The notes under the pieces: generated by a model
Seen by the model: the letters and a program-made list of their open reading frames with translations, nothing else
What the model was told of the DNA's origin: nothing
Databases searched by the model: none
Assembly (NCBI GenBank): GCA_001179505.1
Contig: CDMY01000483.1
Coordinates: forward strand, 4,099 to 68,098
Origin: Vitrella brassicaformis CCMP3155
Lineage: Eukaryota > Protista > Chromerida
Reading direction: 5' to 3'
DNA length: 64,000 nucleotides
Translations under genes and position numbers: made by a program
Shown: positions 24,161 through 36,701 of the stretch, in pieces
Layout of the letters: each line of letters begins with the position of its first letter
Numbering within the stretch: the first letter of the stretch is position 1

Positions 24161-27100
24161 TCAGATTGCTCACATGTGATATTTGGCACGCCATTTGGCT
24201 TCGTCGATTACCGCAACAAGGCTGGCGACCCCATGGATGACGCCGGGCACGGAACACATGGTTTGTAGCACTGCAGACACAGACAAAACAGACACACACA
24301 GACACACACAGACACACACAGACTCACAGACAGACAGACCTACCGATTGGCCGATATACCAATCGACTGACACCACACCTGTCTGTCTGTCTGCCTGTGT
24401 GCATTTGTTTAGTTGCTGGTGTCATTGCCGCCAAGGGCAACAACGGAGCCGAAGTCAGCGGCGTTGCGTGGAAGGGCCAAATCATGGCACTCAAATTCCT
24501 CGCGGCTGATGGCAGTGGTAGGATACTGACCCACTGATACTCTTTGTGAGTGAGGCTGCATGTCTCTGTGTGCCCCATCTGTGTGTGTCTCTCTGTGTGT
24601 GTTTGTTGTGCGTCTGCATTGTGATCAGATCTAATGTCGGATGCCATCGAGGCCCTCGAGTATGCGGTGGACCACGGGGCGCACGTGACCAGCAACTCCT
24701 GGGGGGGAGCCCGATTCAGCTCCGCACTCTACAACGCCATTGTCGCCAACATGAAGGTCAACCAGCTGTTCATCTGTGCCGCAGGCAGGCAACAGGACGA
24801 CGTCATGCCCGACTTCCCGGCGACCTTCGGCATTCCCAACATGGTGACGATCACGGCGCATGACGAAGTCGGCAATAAGACCATCCACCTCGCAGCGCCC
24901 GGTGCTAACATCATCTCGACAGTGCCACCCAGCCTGTTCAATGAATCGTAGGCGACGTGCATGACGGAAACAAAGAGAACCCCTCTGTCTACGGGCGTCT
25001 GTCTGTCTGTCTGTCTGGGCTTGTAGGCTGTACACGGCCAACGGCACATCGATGGCCGTGCCGCACGTGACGGGTGCTGTGGCGCTCATGCTGGCGGTCA
25101 ACCCGGACCTGACGAGCGGCACGTCCCTCTCTGAAAACGACACGTTCCTGACCGTCACCGAGAAGAGACTCAACGTCAGCAAGGCCCTCCCCAGGTAGCC
25201 CTTCCTGACCGAGAAGAGACTCAACGTCAGCAAGGCCCTCCCCAGGTAGCCCTTCCTGACCGAGAAGAGCCGGTCGTCTGTCTGTGGGTGCCCCCATAGC
25301 CAACGGTGGCACTCGTGTCCTGATCGTGCAAGTGCAGGACGTGACGGGAGACCACGCCAACGACTTTGAAGTGCTGCCGCCCAAGGGCATGATAGTCTCC
25401 GTCTCGCCCAACCAGGAATCCCACCTTGTCAAGGTCAGCCAGCCCACACTCACCAACAAGCCGTCCTACATGGCTCGCTGAACGTCTGCCTGTCTGTCTG
25501 TCTGTCTGTCTCTCTCTCCTTCTTTCCCTCTCTGGTCTCCTCAGGTCCGTTGCATCCCGTCCAAGAGCGGCACCCGCACCGCCACGCTGCACCTGGCCAC
25601 CAACGAAGGCTCTCCCGCCGGCAGGGACAAGACACTCACACTCCAAGCATCCGGGATCGCATCCTATTCAACACAGCCAACACCTACAAAGTCAAGGTCA
25701 GTCAGCGACGCGAGAATTGGCAGCAGCGATCATCCAACTTCTTGGTTGTTTCTCTTCTGGCGTGGCGTGCGTTTTAATGCGGGCGTGTCGATCCGTCGAT
25801 TGGTCATCAGAGAGCTAATGAGGATGCGGTCAAGGGACTCATATACTGCGTGCAGCTGGGGATGGACACCCAGATGACCACCGCCCCCGACTACGTCATG
25901 ACCACCGGTAGGTAGAAGCTGCTGAGAAGAAGTAGTGAGTGAGTGAGTGAGTGAGTGAGCGAGGGAAATCATCCAGGAAGGGTATTTGTTGTCTTGTCCA
26001 TTCAGGTGACTTCTTCTTGTTCGGGAACAAGACGGCTGAGAACAAGCTCACATTTGAATCTGGCGAGAGGAAGACGGAGGTGGCTCTGCCCTTCCCTGTC
26101 CCGTACTTCGGTGGCATCTACTCGACCATGAAGGTTTCACTCGACGGCTCAATCCTACTCGACTACGACGTGGTCAGTAGACGCGCGCTCATCTATCCAC
26201 TTGGCGTCCATCCTCTGTGTGTGTGGCCGCGTTGACTGGTTTTTTTGGTCAGGTGATCAACGGGTACGCATCGTCCGAGTTGTCGACGACGGATGGCGTG
26301 TACGTGGAGGTCGATGAGTACACCGGCGCGGAACCATCAACTTCCAGGTGGTGCTCGAGGAGAACGTCCATGGCATCACGCACGCCGACGCTTTCAACCC
26401 GCAGAGCGACAAGCACATCAAGGTCGGACTCAAGAGCGCCACCACACAAGGCCGTTTCGGCCACTTCGGCGTACCCCACCCACGGGCACCGCTATCCAAT
26501 ACATGCCCATCTCAGCACACCACTGGATGACCATGGCCGGCACGCCCCACGGAATCATCCCGCCCAAGGGGCAGACCGAACTCAGAATCAACCCACGGAA
26601 ACCGACGGACTCCAGGGTACGTACCTCGCCAACACACACATATACACACATACACGGCCAACATCCATCCATCAAGCAGCTCCTTCTCTGTGTCGCTTTC
26701 TGTCTGTCTGTCTGTTTGTTTGTTTGTTTGTGTGTCTGTGTGTGCTGCATTGATTATTCGGACAGTGTGCCACACGGACCCCGACGCGTGCGATCTGTCG
26801 CGCACTTTGTGGCAGGGCGGCCAACGCGTCCTGTACCTCAACACCAACGACACCTTCATGAGACTTCCACTCGAGTTTAAAGTGAGGGAGCGGAGATCAC
26901 CGCCGAGGGCGAAAACCCCCTGCTGCACTTCGACAGGTACGCGAACCGCCACACAGATATGTGCTGTCCATGTCCCTTCCCGATGCATCAATCGCATCCT
27001 TTCTGATGTGTGTGTGTTGGCTGGTTGGTGTGGCTACTCACATGCATGCAGGTACTCGGAGAAGGAGTTGTTGGTGTCGGGTGACTTCCCAGAATGCCGC

Positions 27101-27409
27101 CACATGCGCCCGCCAGTGTCCGGAGGAGACCATCTGCAAGTCCTTCGACTTTGAACAGCTTTCCTCGTGCAAGATGACCCGATCGACCAAGGACGACGAC
27201 CCCACCAAGTTCGTCACGCCCACAGGCCGGTACGAACCAAGACACACACACACACACACACAGATGTCCTCAAGAGACACGCATCAATTAAGATAATACT
27301 GTCTTTCTGTGTCTTTCTTGGTTCTCCCTCCAAACGCACAGCTGGGGACCAGTACGAGGTCAAGGCCGCTGCGCGTCGGCTGCAAACGAAGGGCAGCAAG
27401 GGCGCCTAG
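24161..27409 (+). pseudogene. Decayed S8 subtilisin with C-terminal Ig-like (ASH-type), NIDO-like and PAN/Apple modules
   Basis: DDAGHGTH|VAGVIAA, SNSWGG, HLAAPG, NGTSMAVPHVTGAVALML and RLNVSKAL are present. The oxyanion AAGN reads AAGR, the ASFSNYG-type segment is missing, no catalytic-Asp exon was found, there is a stop after KALPR, and downstream exons have frameshifts. C-terminal modules: TRTATLHLATNEG..TLTLQASG; VALPFPVPYFGGIYSTMKVSLDG; CARQCPEETICKSFDFEQLSSC. Confidence 0.8.
25157..25269 (+). repeat. 51-bp tandem repeat (2.2 copies) at the end of the S8 domain
   Basis: accgagaagagactcaacgtcagcaaggccctccccaggtagcccttcctg repeated at 25157 and 25208, with a partial copy at 25259. Confidence 0.95.
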
Positions 27410-28650
27410 AGCCTCCTTCCTTTGTCTGTCTCGTGTGTATTACGGTTGGCTTTGCCTAGTGTGCTAGGGGGGAGGGCCTGTCTGTCTGTCTGATCGGTTT
27501 TGGTCGTGTGTGTGCTTTTGGGCGGTGTTCCTTTCACACCGACTGGCAGTGCACGAGTGTGGGGTTTGGGAGTGTGTGATAGGGTGAGTGGGTTGGGCTA
27601 CTTGGGGGTAGTGTAATACGGTCAACTTCGCAGTCCCTCCCCCCGCCAGGTTCACATGTGTGTGTGTATGGCACAACAGCAGACAGAAGTGGAAAAGGAA
27701 CCACGGGACAGGACAATATATCAGATATACAAATGCATCGATCTACATAAAGCATACGGCCGTTGGCTGGTCCTGGCCCGGCTCAGACGGCTGATGAGTG
27801 TGTGTGAGTACTCTTCTCGCAATGGGATGGGGCTGGGCAATGGCATAGGGGTGGGTGTGAGTGATATTAGTGATATTTTGCACTGGAAGTTAATGATTGC
27901 AATCATTGCATGGGCGTGTGAATGCGCATAGTGCAGACAGGCAGAGTGCGAAGATCAATCCAAGATCAATGTACCGGCACAACTCGTACAAACGAGACAG
28001 TGGATGCATGAGCTCTGACTGTCACCTCTTTGGGCGGTCTGTGTAGGGGAGTGTCATCCATCCACACACATGTACACGCGATGCATCTCTCTCTCTCTCT
28101 CTCTCTTCGTTGCCTATCACCAATGTATTGATCACCCCATGCATCGGTCAGCCATACACAGATGGGGCGATGGGTGGAGGCATGGAGACGTACATGCGTG
28201 GGACAATCACGCACGCGCTTGGTATCATACATACATTATAGGTAGGCTGGCTGGCTCGCTCTCGGCGAAATCCCTACCTACACGCCATCACGAGACGACA
28301 TGCACGTGTACATCTCTCTCTCCGTCCATCCACACACTCATCAGCAATCGCCCCACACCATGTTCCTGCACCCAATCAAACACCCATGATCAGTCCAGCA
28401 ATGTCTCCCTCCACACCTTTGTGTCTCTGTCTCTCTCACCATTCCACGACAGTGGACAGATGACACAAGTCACCTCCAGACGCTGATGCGCCAGTCGTGC
28501 ACCCGGCTGCCTCTCCCCCTCCCAGCACCCGTCGTCACGCCGACCCCTGCCCCATCCACACGCCTCCGCGCGTTCGTGTTTGGAAGGGACGCACACGGAC
28601 TGCCGACGGCACACGCGTCAATGCCGCAGCCCTTGTCTCTCTTCTGCGAC

Positions 28651-31600
28651 TCACCCATGGCCACAACAGGCTGTTTTGCCGACGCGAAATAAGTGGCGTG
28701 CGGCCGCTTCACGGTGGCCGGGCCGGCCGGGGGCCGATACGGTGGGCGGGTGGAACGTCGATGAAGGCCTCTTGCATGACGTTGCTGCTGCTGCTGCTGC
28801 CGTTGGTGTAGGCGGAGGCACAATGGCCGGCGGGGGGCTGCGAGAGCGGATGCCGGGCATGAGTGTGGCCGTGAGCCTGCTCTGCAGAGTTTCTTCTCGC
28901 TTCCTGGCCGCCTCCCTCTCCTCATGCAGCAGCCTCTGTGTCGCTGAGCGCACCAGTGGGCCATCTGGCAGCCGAGGCGCCTGCGGCACTAGCAGCTGCG
29001 CGGGAGGGGGCGGGGGCGCGATGACATGGCCAAATCCTGGACGCGGCAGCGCCAAGAACGAGCGTGTGTGGTGACGGCGATCTGGCAGAGGGCTGGGCAA
29101 TGGCATCTTTGCCAAAGTGACGGTGGGTGGAGACGGGCTGCGGGCAGCGACCAGCCGAGGCGTGGCGAAGAGGGTGACTGGATGAGGGATAGGGGGAGGG
29201 GGATGGACTGTCGTGTGGTAGGCGAGAGGAAGGGGTGACATCCGCAGCCGCAACGAGGGAGGCGGCAGCGAATGTGTCTTCCTCTCCGGCTTATTTCTGT
29301 CTCGGCTGCTACCTCCACAGGCGGACGCGCAAGCCGCTCTCTTCTGGACCACGCCGTTCTTATCCTCGTCTCCTTCGGACGAGGCAGCCGACAAGACACC
29401 CTGTGACTGCATCTTGGGCGACAGCAGGTAGCTCAGCCTCCCCTGGGCCGGGTCGGGATCTCGAGTGAATGCGCAGCAGGGGCTGACTTCCTTTTGTCTC
29501 GCTGCCCGCTGTGTGTGGCGGATCATCAGAGGCGGCATGCGTGTCTCGGGGGGCGGGGGCGCGGAGTACGGCCGGGGTTGATGGATGGGCACGATGGTGG
29601 CGATCTTGGCGCGCGTGAAGGGTGGACGGCCCTCTCGGCATTTCGCGTCTCGCTCCTTGATCGTCTTGAGCAGAGAGGCCAGCGACCGTGCGTCGGGGGA
29701 GCTGATGTCGACGGATGGCGCCGACACGACGCCTTGAGGCGAATGGGTAATGCGCTGTGTCTCCAGGCGGCGCTTGAGAGCTTCGTTGTAGGCCTCTAGA
29801 TCGGTCAGCTGTTCCTGTAGCTGCCGATGCACAGCGGTGAGGGCTGAAACCTGCAAAGGAAAGAAGTACACGTGTCTCTGTGTGGGTGGTGTACTGTCTC
29901 CTCACCTCTTTGACAAGGTCTTCGTTCACGGTCTGCAAATGCTGTCTCTCTTCGTCCGACATAGGCGGCTTCATGCCCTCGCCCTCCGCCATGCCCACTG
30001 CAGCAGGCAGATCCTTGAGGTATTCCTCCAGCTTGTCCTTCTCCGCTTGAAGACCTTCGAACTCGCGCCGCTGTGCCTCGAGCTGAGATTTGAGCTCCTG
30101 GTACTCCTGCAGCTTGGCCATTAGCGACTGACACTCAGCCACAAGGGAAGTATTGATGCGCTCCAGCTCAGCAATTCTCTCGAGCGTCTCGGCGGACGCC
30201 ACCTCCCTCACTGTCGGCTCCATGGCGTCGGTCTGCATGGCTTCCTCACGCAGTGTGCGGGTCCTGACGATCTCCTTTGGCCGGATCTTGAGAGTGGACA
30301 AAGAGTCCTGGAAGTCACTCAACTTGCTCAAGACGAGACGCCACATTGACTCGTTCCTATCAGTCTGACGTTCCTGTGGCACTCCAGGATCTCTGATCTG
30401 CACCCGCCTTCTCTGCTCGATGTCCGCCTCCTCCTCGACGCCAAGTTCCTCTCCACTGCCGAAACCGCCAGAGATGCCGGAAGACCTGATACGGCTGGGA
30501 GTGGCTGGCGGTGTTACGGATGTGCCCATTTCCTGTTGCTTGGGGTGGGCGGGCGCTGCTGCGGCTGCTGCTTGCGTGTCTGTGGGGGGTCCCTCTCCGT
30601 TTTCATCCTCGGATTCCTCCTCTGCTTGCAGCAGTTCGTCTTGTAGGGTGCGGGCCTTGTGCGGTCGAGGGGAGGGCTGGGCGGCGTCTGTTGTCTCCAT
30701 CATTCCCTCCAGCTGGGCCAACTCGTTGGTGAGCTTCGCGGCCTTGGAATTGTAATCATCTGACAGACAGACAGACAGACAGACACACGGACAAAGACAA
30801 ACGAAGGTTGTCTGGTGAATGATTCATGCTGTGATGCTTTGCTTACCAAGGACGGATTTGAGTGTGTTGAGCTCTTCTTGCAGCTGCAGGGCCTGCTGAT
30901 TGGCCTCGGCCCACCGCTGCTCCGCTCGCTTGACGTCGTCGGTCATTTCGCGCTCCTTCGCCTCGAAGACAGCCTTGAGACGCTGCAGCTCCTCGGTGAC
31001 CTCGTGTGCCTTCCGCTGCGCCTCCACCACCTCGGGACGCTTGCGATCGAGGGCTCGCTCGTGCTCCTCCTTCAGATCAGCGATCTCCTGTACGTACACA
31101 AGCATGTGTACAACAGAGATGGATGTTGTGTGGACCGGAGAGGAGTTGGTGTGTCCCTCAATCTTCACGCGCCGACCTGTTGCAACTCGGTGTTCTTTCG
31201 CTTGGCGCTTTCCTCGCCCCGCTTGTGCTCGTTGACTTGCCGCTGTGAAGCGGCAAGCTCAGCCTCCTTCTCCTCATACCGCTCCTGCAACCTCTTGTAC
31301 TCTTCTGTGTCCATCGTGTTGCTCAGCTTCCTCAAGTCCTGACACCGACCAACCAAAGGAAACGAACCAAAAAGAGCCAGCAGACTCGTGTCTCACTCGT
31401 GTGTGGCTTGTTGGAATGCGCGAGTACCTCGTTGGCGTTTCGCAGCTGTTTCTGCAGCCGATCGACCTCCTCCTGCAGTTCCTCGATGAACTGCTGCTCG
31501 CCGACGCTCATTCTCTGCCGAGAGCTGGTGGTCAGCGACCCTCTGCGAGAAGAAGGGCCTTTCTCTCTGGGCTCCTCCTCCTGACGTGCCTTGTCACTCT

Positions 31601-32765
31601 CGTCGTTCTCTGGCCCCTCCGATATCTCGTCGAGGCTTCCCATTGAGAGTAGTCCGCTGTCCATTGTCGCGAACGCACTCTTTCGTCGCTGCTGCGAGGA
31701 CCGACCTGAGGCGTCAAGTCTCTGCCCGGGGCTGCGGTCCATCGCTGATACGTGATTGGAAAGACGGCGCACCTGTTGGCGAAGCTGCTCATTCTCATTC
31801 AGCAGCTGCGCGCCGATCTTGGCTGCCGTGACGAGCTCTTCATTGGCAGCACCAGAGGCAGAGGCTGCCGACTCTCGGCGGCTTGCGGCTGACTCAGACG
31901 TGAATGACTGCGAGAGGCCGCCGTGCGAAGCCCCGCTACCCTGCCGAGACAGCACACTGGTGATAGCCCTGCGCATGGCATCAAGGTCGCTGTGGCCGCT
32001 GGAATCCACGAAAGGGAAGGCGCCGCCGTGCTGACTGCTGGGGGACACGACCTCACTCGTCCCTGCCCCGATGTCGCTGCCACTCCTTCCCAGACTCAGT
32101 CGAACACCCTTTCGCGGCGAGGGGCTGCCTGCTGTCGAGACGGTGAGGGGCTCTCGCTCAGAGGGGCTGAGGGTCGATGGCCTGCCCTTCAACGCTCGCT
32201 CAGGGAGGAGACCCTCGAGAGTGGGGGGCACCACCTTGGGTGAGCCGACCGTGACGCGCTTGGGCCGAACGGAGTCAGAAGGAGCAGATCCGCTGCTGCC
32301 GACGGATGGCCTCCTTCCCCCCGCCTGAGACGACAACGACAAGCTGCCTCTCTGTCCGCGGCTGTTTTGCCGCTGTTGCTGTTGCTGTTGAGGTGTCCTC
32401 GTCCTTCGTTGCGATGGTTCGCCGCCGAGCTCCAGTGTCAGCCCGCCCCTGCCATTTCCCCTTCTGTGGGTTGGGCCAAGATCCATGGTTGCCTGTCGTC
32501 CGAGGCTCAGCGTCAGTCTTCCTCTGCCGCTCCGCTCTGCCAGTCCTGCTAGGCTTAGGATAGGCGTTGGGGCGGACGCCTCGGGCGGGTGATCGGGCGA
32601 CTCGAGGCTCAGCATGTGGTCAGTGCTCATCCCGGGGAGAGCAGGGGATGCCGCAAACGAAGACGCTCGAAAGAGAGAGCCGGCGCCCCTGCCTCTCCCA
32701 CGCCCTCGACTGCTGTTGAATTTGTTGTTGGCCGCAGGGGCCGACGCATCGCGCAAACTCATCAT
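28651..32765 (-). CDS. Large coiled-coil protein with Ser/Arg-rich N-terminus and Pro-rich C-terminus (parent of the 19203 gene), about 5 exons
   Basis: MMSLRDASAPAANNKF...LRNANE|DLRKLSNT...ELQQ|EIADLKEEH...SVLG|DDYNSKAAKL...|VSALTAVHRQLQEQL...; in-phase GT-AG introns and heptad-rich exons. No family recognised. Confidence 0.75.
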
Positions 32766-33099
32766 GCTGGCTGTTGTGGTGGTTGCAAAGTTCGCCCGCT
32801 GCCTGAAGTCTTGAAGTCGCGAAAAGGGGGTCAACTGGGGGGCTGGAGAGAGGGTTTTGCGACAGCTGCTCTGTCACTCGCGATTGCCGTACAAGCACCT
32901 ACAACGGAAGGAAGAGAAGGATGGAGGGCGGAGTGATAGTCGAGATTTCGCGAAAACGGAGACGGCGATCGTTTTCTCCTGCTCACCGGCCATTTTCTCC
33001 AGAGTCTGAAGTCCAGCACCCACCGCCCTTCGCAGGCAACATCGACAGCGGTAAGCTACTTTCTAAGCCGTTTGCAGGCATGTAAGTGTGGAGCGTGTG

Positions 33100-34500
33100 T
33101 GTTTTTCATCGTCAGGCCTCCCGGCACTGTGCCGGCGCTCCCAGAGAAATGCATCTGAGGCATCAGACCTTCACGCAATCTGACTTCGTCTGCGGCGCCA
33201 GCCATCTTTTGGCCCTCTTGTGTCTTCCTGTTGTCCGTAGGGACGGGGAATCCACGTGTGCGAGATTTTCCGTGATGAGACGGCGAGAGCCCGCAAAGTA
33301 ATTTCCGATTTGAGAGGCAGTTTTTCACAATTTCCGTCCGCGTTCGGCCTTCCAGCCTTCTTTCAGCCACAGATCCTCTGTTTTTCCTCCTGTTAGCCTG
33401 GTGTTCGGCTTGAGTGGTCCGCCTCTTCCCCTCCCACGCCTTGCAATTTGCCCGGACGTAGTCCTTGGAGACAGGTGCGGCCACAGTCACTGATATGATG
33501 GACGCACGAGAGGCACGAGCTGCTTTCGTCATCGTAGCTCTCGATTCATGCCTCTTGTCTTCCTTGTATCAGAATCACAAGACCAGTCTGTGGAGGGCAG
33601 CCATGGTGGACCGTCTGGGAGAGGAGCCTACGTAAGGCCAATTCATTCTTCATCTTTTTCTCCAGATTCCAGGATGCCCGGCTTGCATGGCTACAAGAAC
33701 TCTACGTCGAGAAGGTGCACCAGCCCACGTTCACTTATTACATGTGCGCATTGTCTGTATGTGCCACGTAAGCAGTTTTTGAAGGAGATGGCCTGCAGCT
33801 CTTCCGAACCGGCCTTCACTTGTGTCGATGGCGCTCTGCAATTGCTTGCCAAGGCGGATGTCTCCCGTCTCCTCTTCCTCCACCGAACGAGGTCTTGGGA
33901 GCGGCCCAGCGTAGCGACAGAGGCAGCTGACATGCTTCAACAGGCAGAGACAAGGAAGACGGCCCAATTGCGGCGTCTTGATGCCGTGGGCAAGAGAGAC
34001 ATGGGCAAGAGAGAAGATCGGTGTTCAAGGTGAATTTTCTGTGTCGATTCAAGGCCCGCCAAGCCGGGCTATAAATGCATCCACTTATTCACTCACTCAC
34101 TGTCTGTCCTTTTTTGTGCTGGTGGTTCTCTCAGGCAGGCTGCCAAGGACACGGCAGCACACAGGAATCCCAAGAGGAATCCATTGAGCAGGAGGTGAGA
34201 CATACGATTCACATGCCCATTGATGGAGAGGTACAATCGGTTGTCTTCCCTTTTGGTTTCTGCAGAGGGAGGTTGGCGAGGGGGAAATCCGGCTCAGAAG
34301 GTGATTGCCTTTCGTTGTTCCAACCTTTTTCGTTTTTTGCTGTTCCCTCTTCGGTGGCCATGGTGCTGGTCAAGACAACATTACTGATGAAGCTGGGGGC
34401 AGCGAAGGTTGCTGCTCGGGGGGGTGATGCGTCACCATCCCGGCAGCGGCAGTGTGGCTCGTCAACGCGGGCATCAGATGGGGTAAGGAGAGGGTTTGAC
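33100..34500 (+). pseudogene. Possible degenerate gene fragments in microsatellite-poor DNA
   Basis: Short exon-like pieces with splice sites (ctccag|..FQDARLAWLQELYVEK|gtgc; ccgtag|..GIHVCEIFRDETARARK|gtaa), but intervening pieces contain stops. Identity unknown. Confidence 0.25.
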
Positions 34501-34943
34501 CAGGCCTGACGCCGAGAGAGTTCCGCCCACGAATAATAGAGAAGGTGGGAAAGAGTGGGTATCCTGGTCAGAACAACCATCGAAGAGCTCAAGGAGGCGG
34601 TATCGCACCAAATGCATTGGAGTGCGTTGTGTTCTGTTTCAGCGACAGGACGACGTCATCCACCTCCCCGGATACGCATGCCCTCCCGCCCGATGCTCCT
34701 GGCGGTACAACAACCATCGCGAACAGGCTATGGCAGGGAAGGATAGTGGTGAGAAGGCGAAGTTAGAGATCGATTGAGGTGTGTTGGTGTGGTGAGTGAC
34801 TGTCTCTGCATGATTCATGTGTGTTTTTTGGACATTCCATCACTCAAGAGCTCAGGAGGCGGTAACGAGAGAGCCACAACAAGAGAGCAGAGAGTCAGGG
34901 AGAGAGGCGAGAGAGATGGGATGGATGTATGGCACATCGGGTA

Positions 34944-35046
34944 GCCATCCAGGTAGCCCTTGACCAGACTCAACGTCGGCAAGGCCATCCAGGTAGCCCT
35001 TGACGAGACTCAACGTCGGCAAGGCCATCCAGGTAGCCCTTGACGA
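34944..35046 (+). repeat. 40-bp tandem repeat (~2.6 copies) derived from an S8 subtilisin C-terminal segment
   Basis: gccatccaggtagcccttgac(c/g)agactcaacgtcggcaag period 40, encoding RLNVGKAIQVALD. Preceded by ggcacatcgg, resembling the GTS motif DNA at ~25044. Confidence 0.85.
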
Positions 35047-35589
35047 AAGTCAAGGATGCATCTGTCGTTGTGTCTCTCTCTCTTCCTGTGGATTCCCTGT
35101 GTATCAGTGTTTGCTGCCTGGCAATAACATCGTTGCCTACATTTTATATTGGATGGCAATGTACTCGCTGCGCACCTGCTGGACGCCAAAGAAGAGGTAG
35201 CGCGAGGAAGCCAATTGTTCAGCCAGCCAGGCGGAGAGAGCCACGCCTGGCTGGCTGGCTGGCTTGCCGGCGTGTAGGCGTGCGTAGGGGAGGGGATTGG
35301 TGCCTACATTTTATATCGGTTGCTTCATTTTCTGTCTGTCACGTGTGGCTCTGCTGTCTTAAGCTGACTGCGTACATGCTGTGGGTTCCAGTTGGTGGGA
35401 CACATTGCTCATCTTATATCAAGTGGATTCAGTCATTCCCTGATTTCACCGATCGTCAACCACCTCCGCACATCATCATGCAGCGCCGATCGATTCGCCT
35501 ATGTGTGCCACCCGAACTCGAGCAAGGAAGGGGCTCAATAGGAAAGTAGGAAGCTCATCCGTCCGTCCATCCATCCATCCATCCATTGA

Positions 35590-36497
35590 TCACAGGTGCT
35601 GCAGGTGGTGGTACCACCGGGTCTTCTGCGCCACGATGGACTTGTTCATCGACTGCAGACCTGATCAATGACATCAGGAAAACAAACCAGCAAGCGCAGA
35701 CATGTGTGTCCGTGAGGGGTGATGTAGACACCGCCTTCGACCTGAGATGCCCCTGTAGTTATTCTGGTTGGACGTCATGAACTGCCTGGGATCCTTGTTG
35801 CCACCAAACCTGCATGGTACACGCAACCAACACAAGCAGCTTTCAGCATGGCCCCGTTGTGTGCTGCTCTGTCCCTTACACAATCTGCGACCGATTTGGC
35901 TTCGGCGGCACGAATTCATCAGTCTTCAGGCGATTCCTCTGACTCATACAGACAGACAGACAGACAGACACAATGAGAGAGGGGGAGAGACAAAGAGAGA
36001 GGAAGCCGCATCTGCCCACCTCACCATGGCATTGGGATTGTATTTCTCCAGGGGCTTGTTCTTGGCCCCTGCAGACGTCACGGGCTTGGGAGCAAACTTC
36101 TCGTTGTAATCACTGCCAGACACTCAGAGAAAAAGAGAGACAGACAGACTAAGGGGCTCTGCAGGAGAGTGCGGCACACACATTCTCAGCATACGCATTC
36201 ACCTCCTTTTCAGCTCTCTGACGGGCGGCGGGATAAACTTGGGGCATGGATGCGGCGCAGCCATCAAAGTGCCAGCGTGAACCAGAATCTGCACACACAC
36301 ACACAAAGCACACTGCAAAGCTACACCCCCATGGCCAGCAAGCACACTCACACGGCGCTGCTCACCTTGGTGGCACTCTCCCCCGCCCCTTTGCTGAAAT
36401 CGAGCATCCCCATCTCCTTTTCAGCCTTGGTTGGCTTACACATCTTCTTGGTGGCAGCCTGCTGCTGCTGCTGCTGCACTTGCGGAGGTCCCGCCAT
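35590..36497 (-). CDS. Small intact 6-exon hypothetical protein
   Basis: Clean in-phase splicing: MAGPPQVQQQQQQAATKKMCKPTKAEKEMGMLDFSKGAGESATK|ILVHAG...RELKRS|DYNEKF...YNPNAM|RNRLKTDEFVPPKPNRSQIV|FGGNKDPRQFMTSNQNNYRGISG|LQSMNKSIVAQKTRWYHHLQHL*. Confidence 0.8.
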
Positions 36498-36701
36498 GTG
36501 GTCAGCTGTGGTCAGTGGATGAACAGGGGGAGGCAGAGAGGATTCGAAATGGGATGTTGACGATTTTATATGGTTTTGCGCGTGAAAGCTTGCTGATGCT
36601 CCCCCAGGCCCCCAGCTCGCATGCATGCAGACTGGCGACCCATGTGGGGCAGGAGAGGGTCTGAACCAGAGCTTGTCGACAGTGAAGACCTCCCGTACGT
36701 C

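Noticed and set aside
25157-25269. Short direct repeats (also 34944-35046) as a CRISPR-like array
   Set aside because: The units are contiguous with no unique spacers, derive from subtilisin coding sequence and sit in a eukaryotic context.
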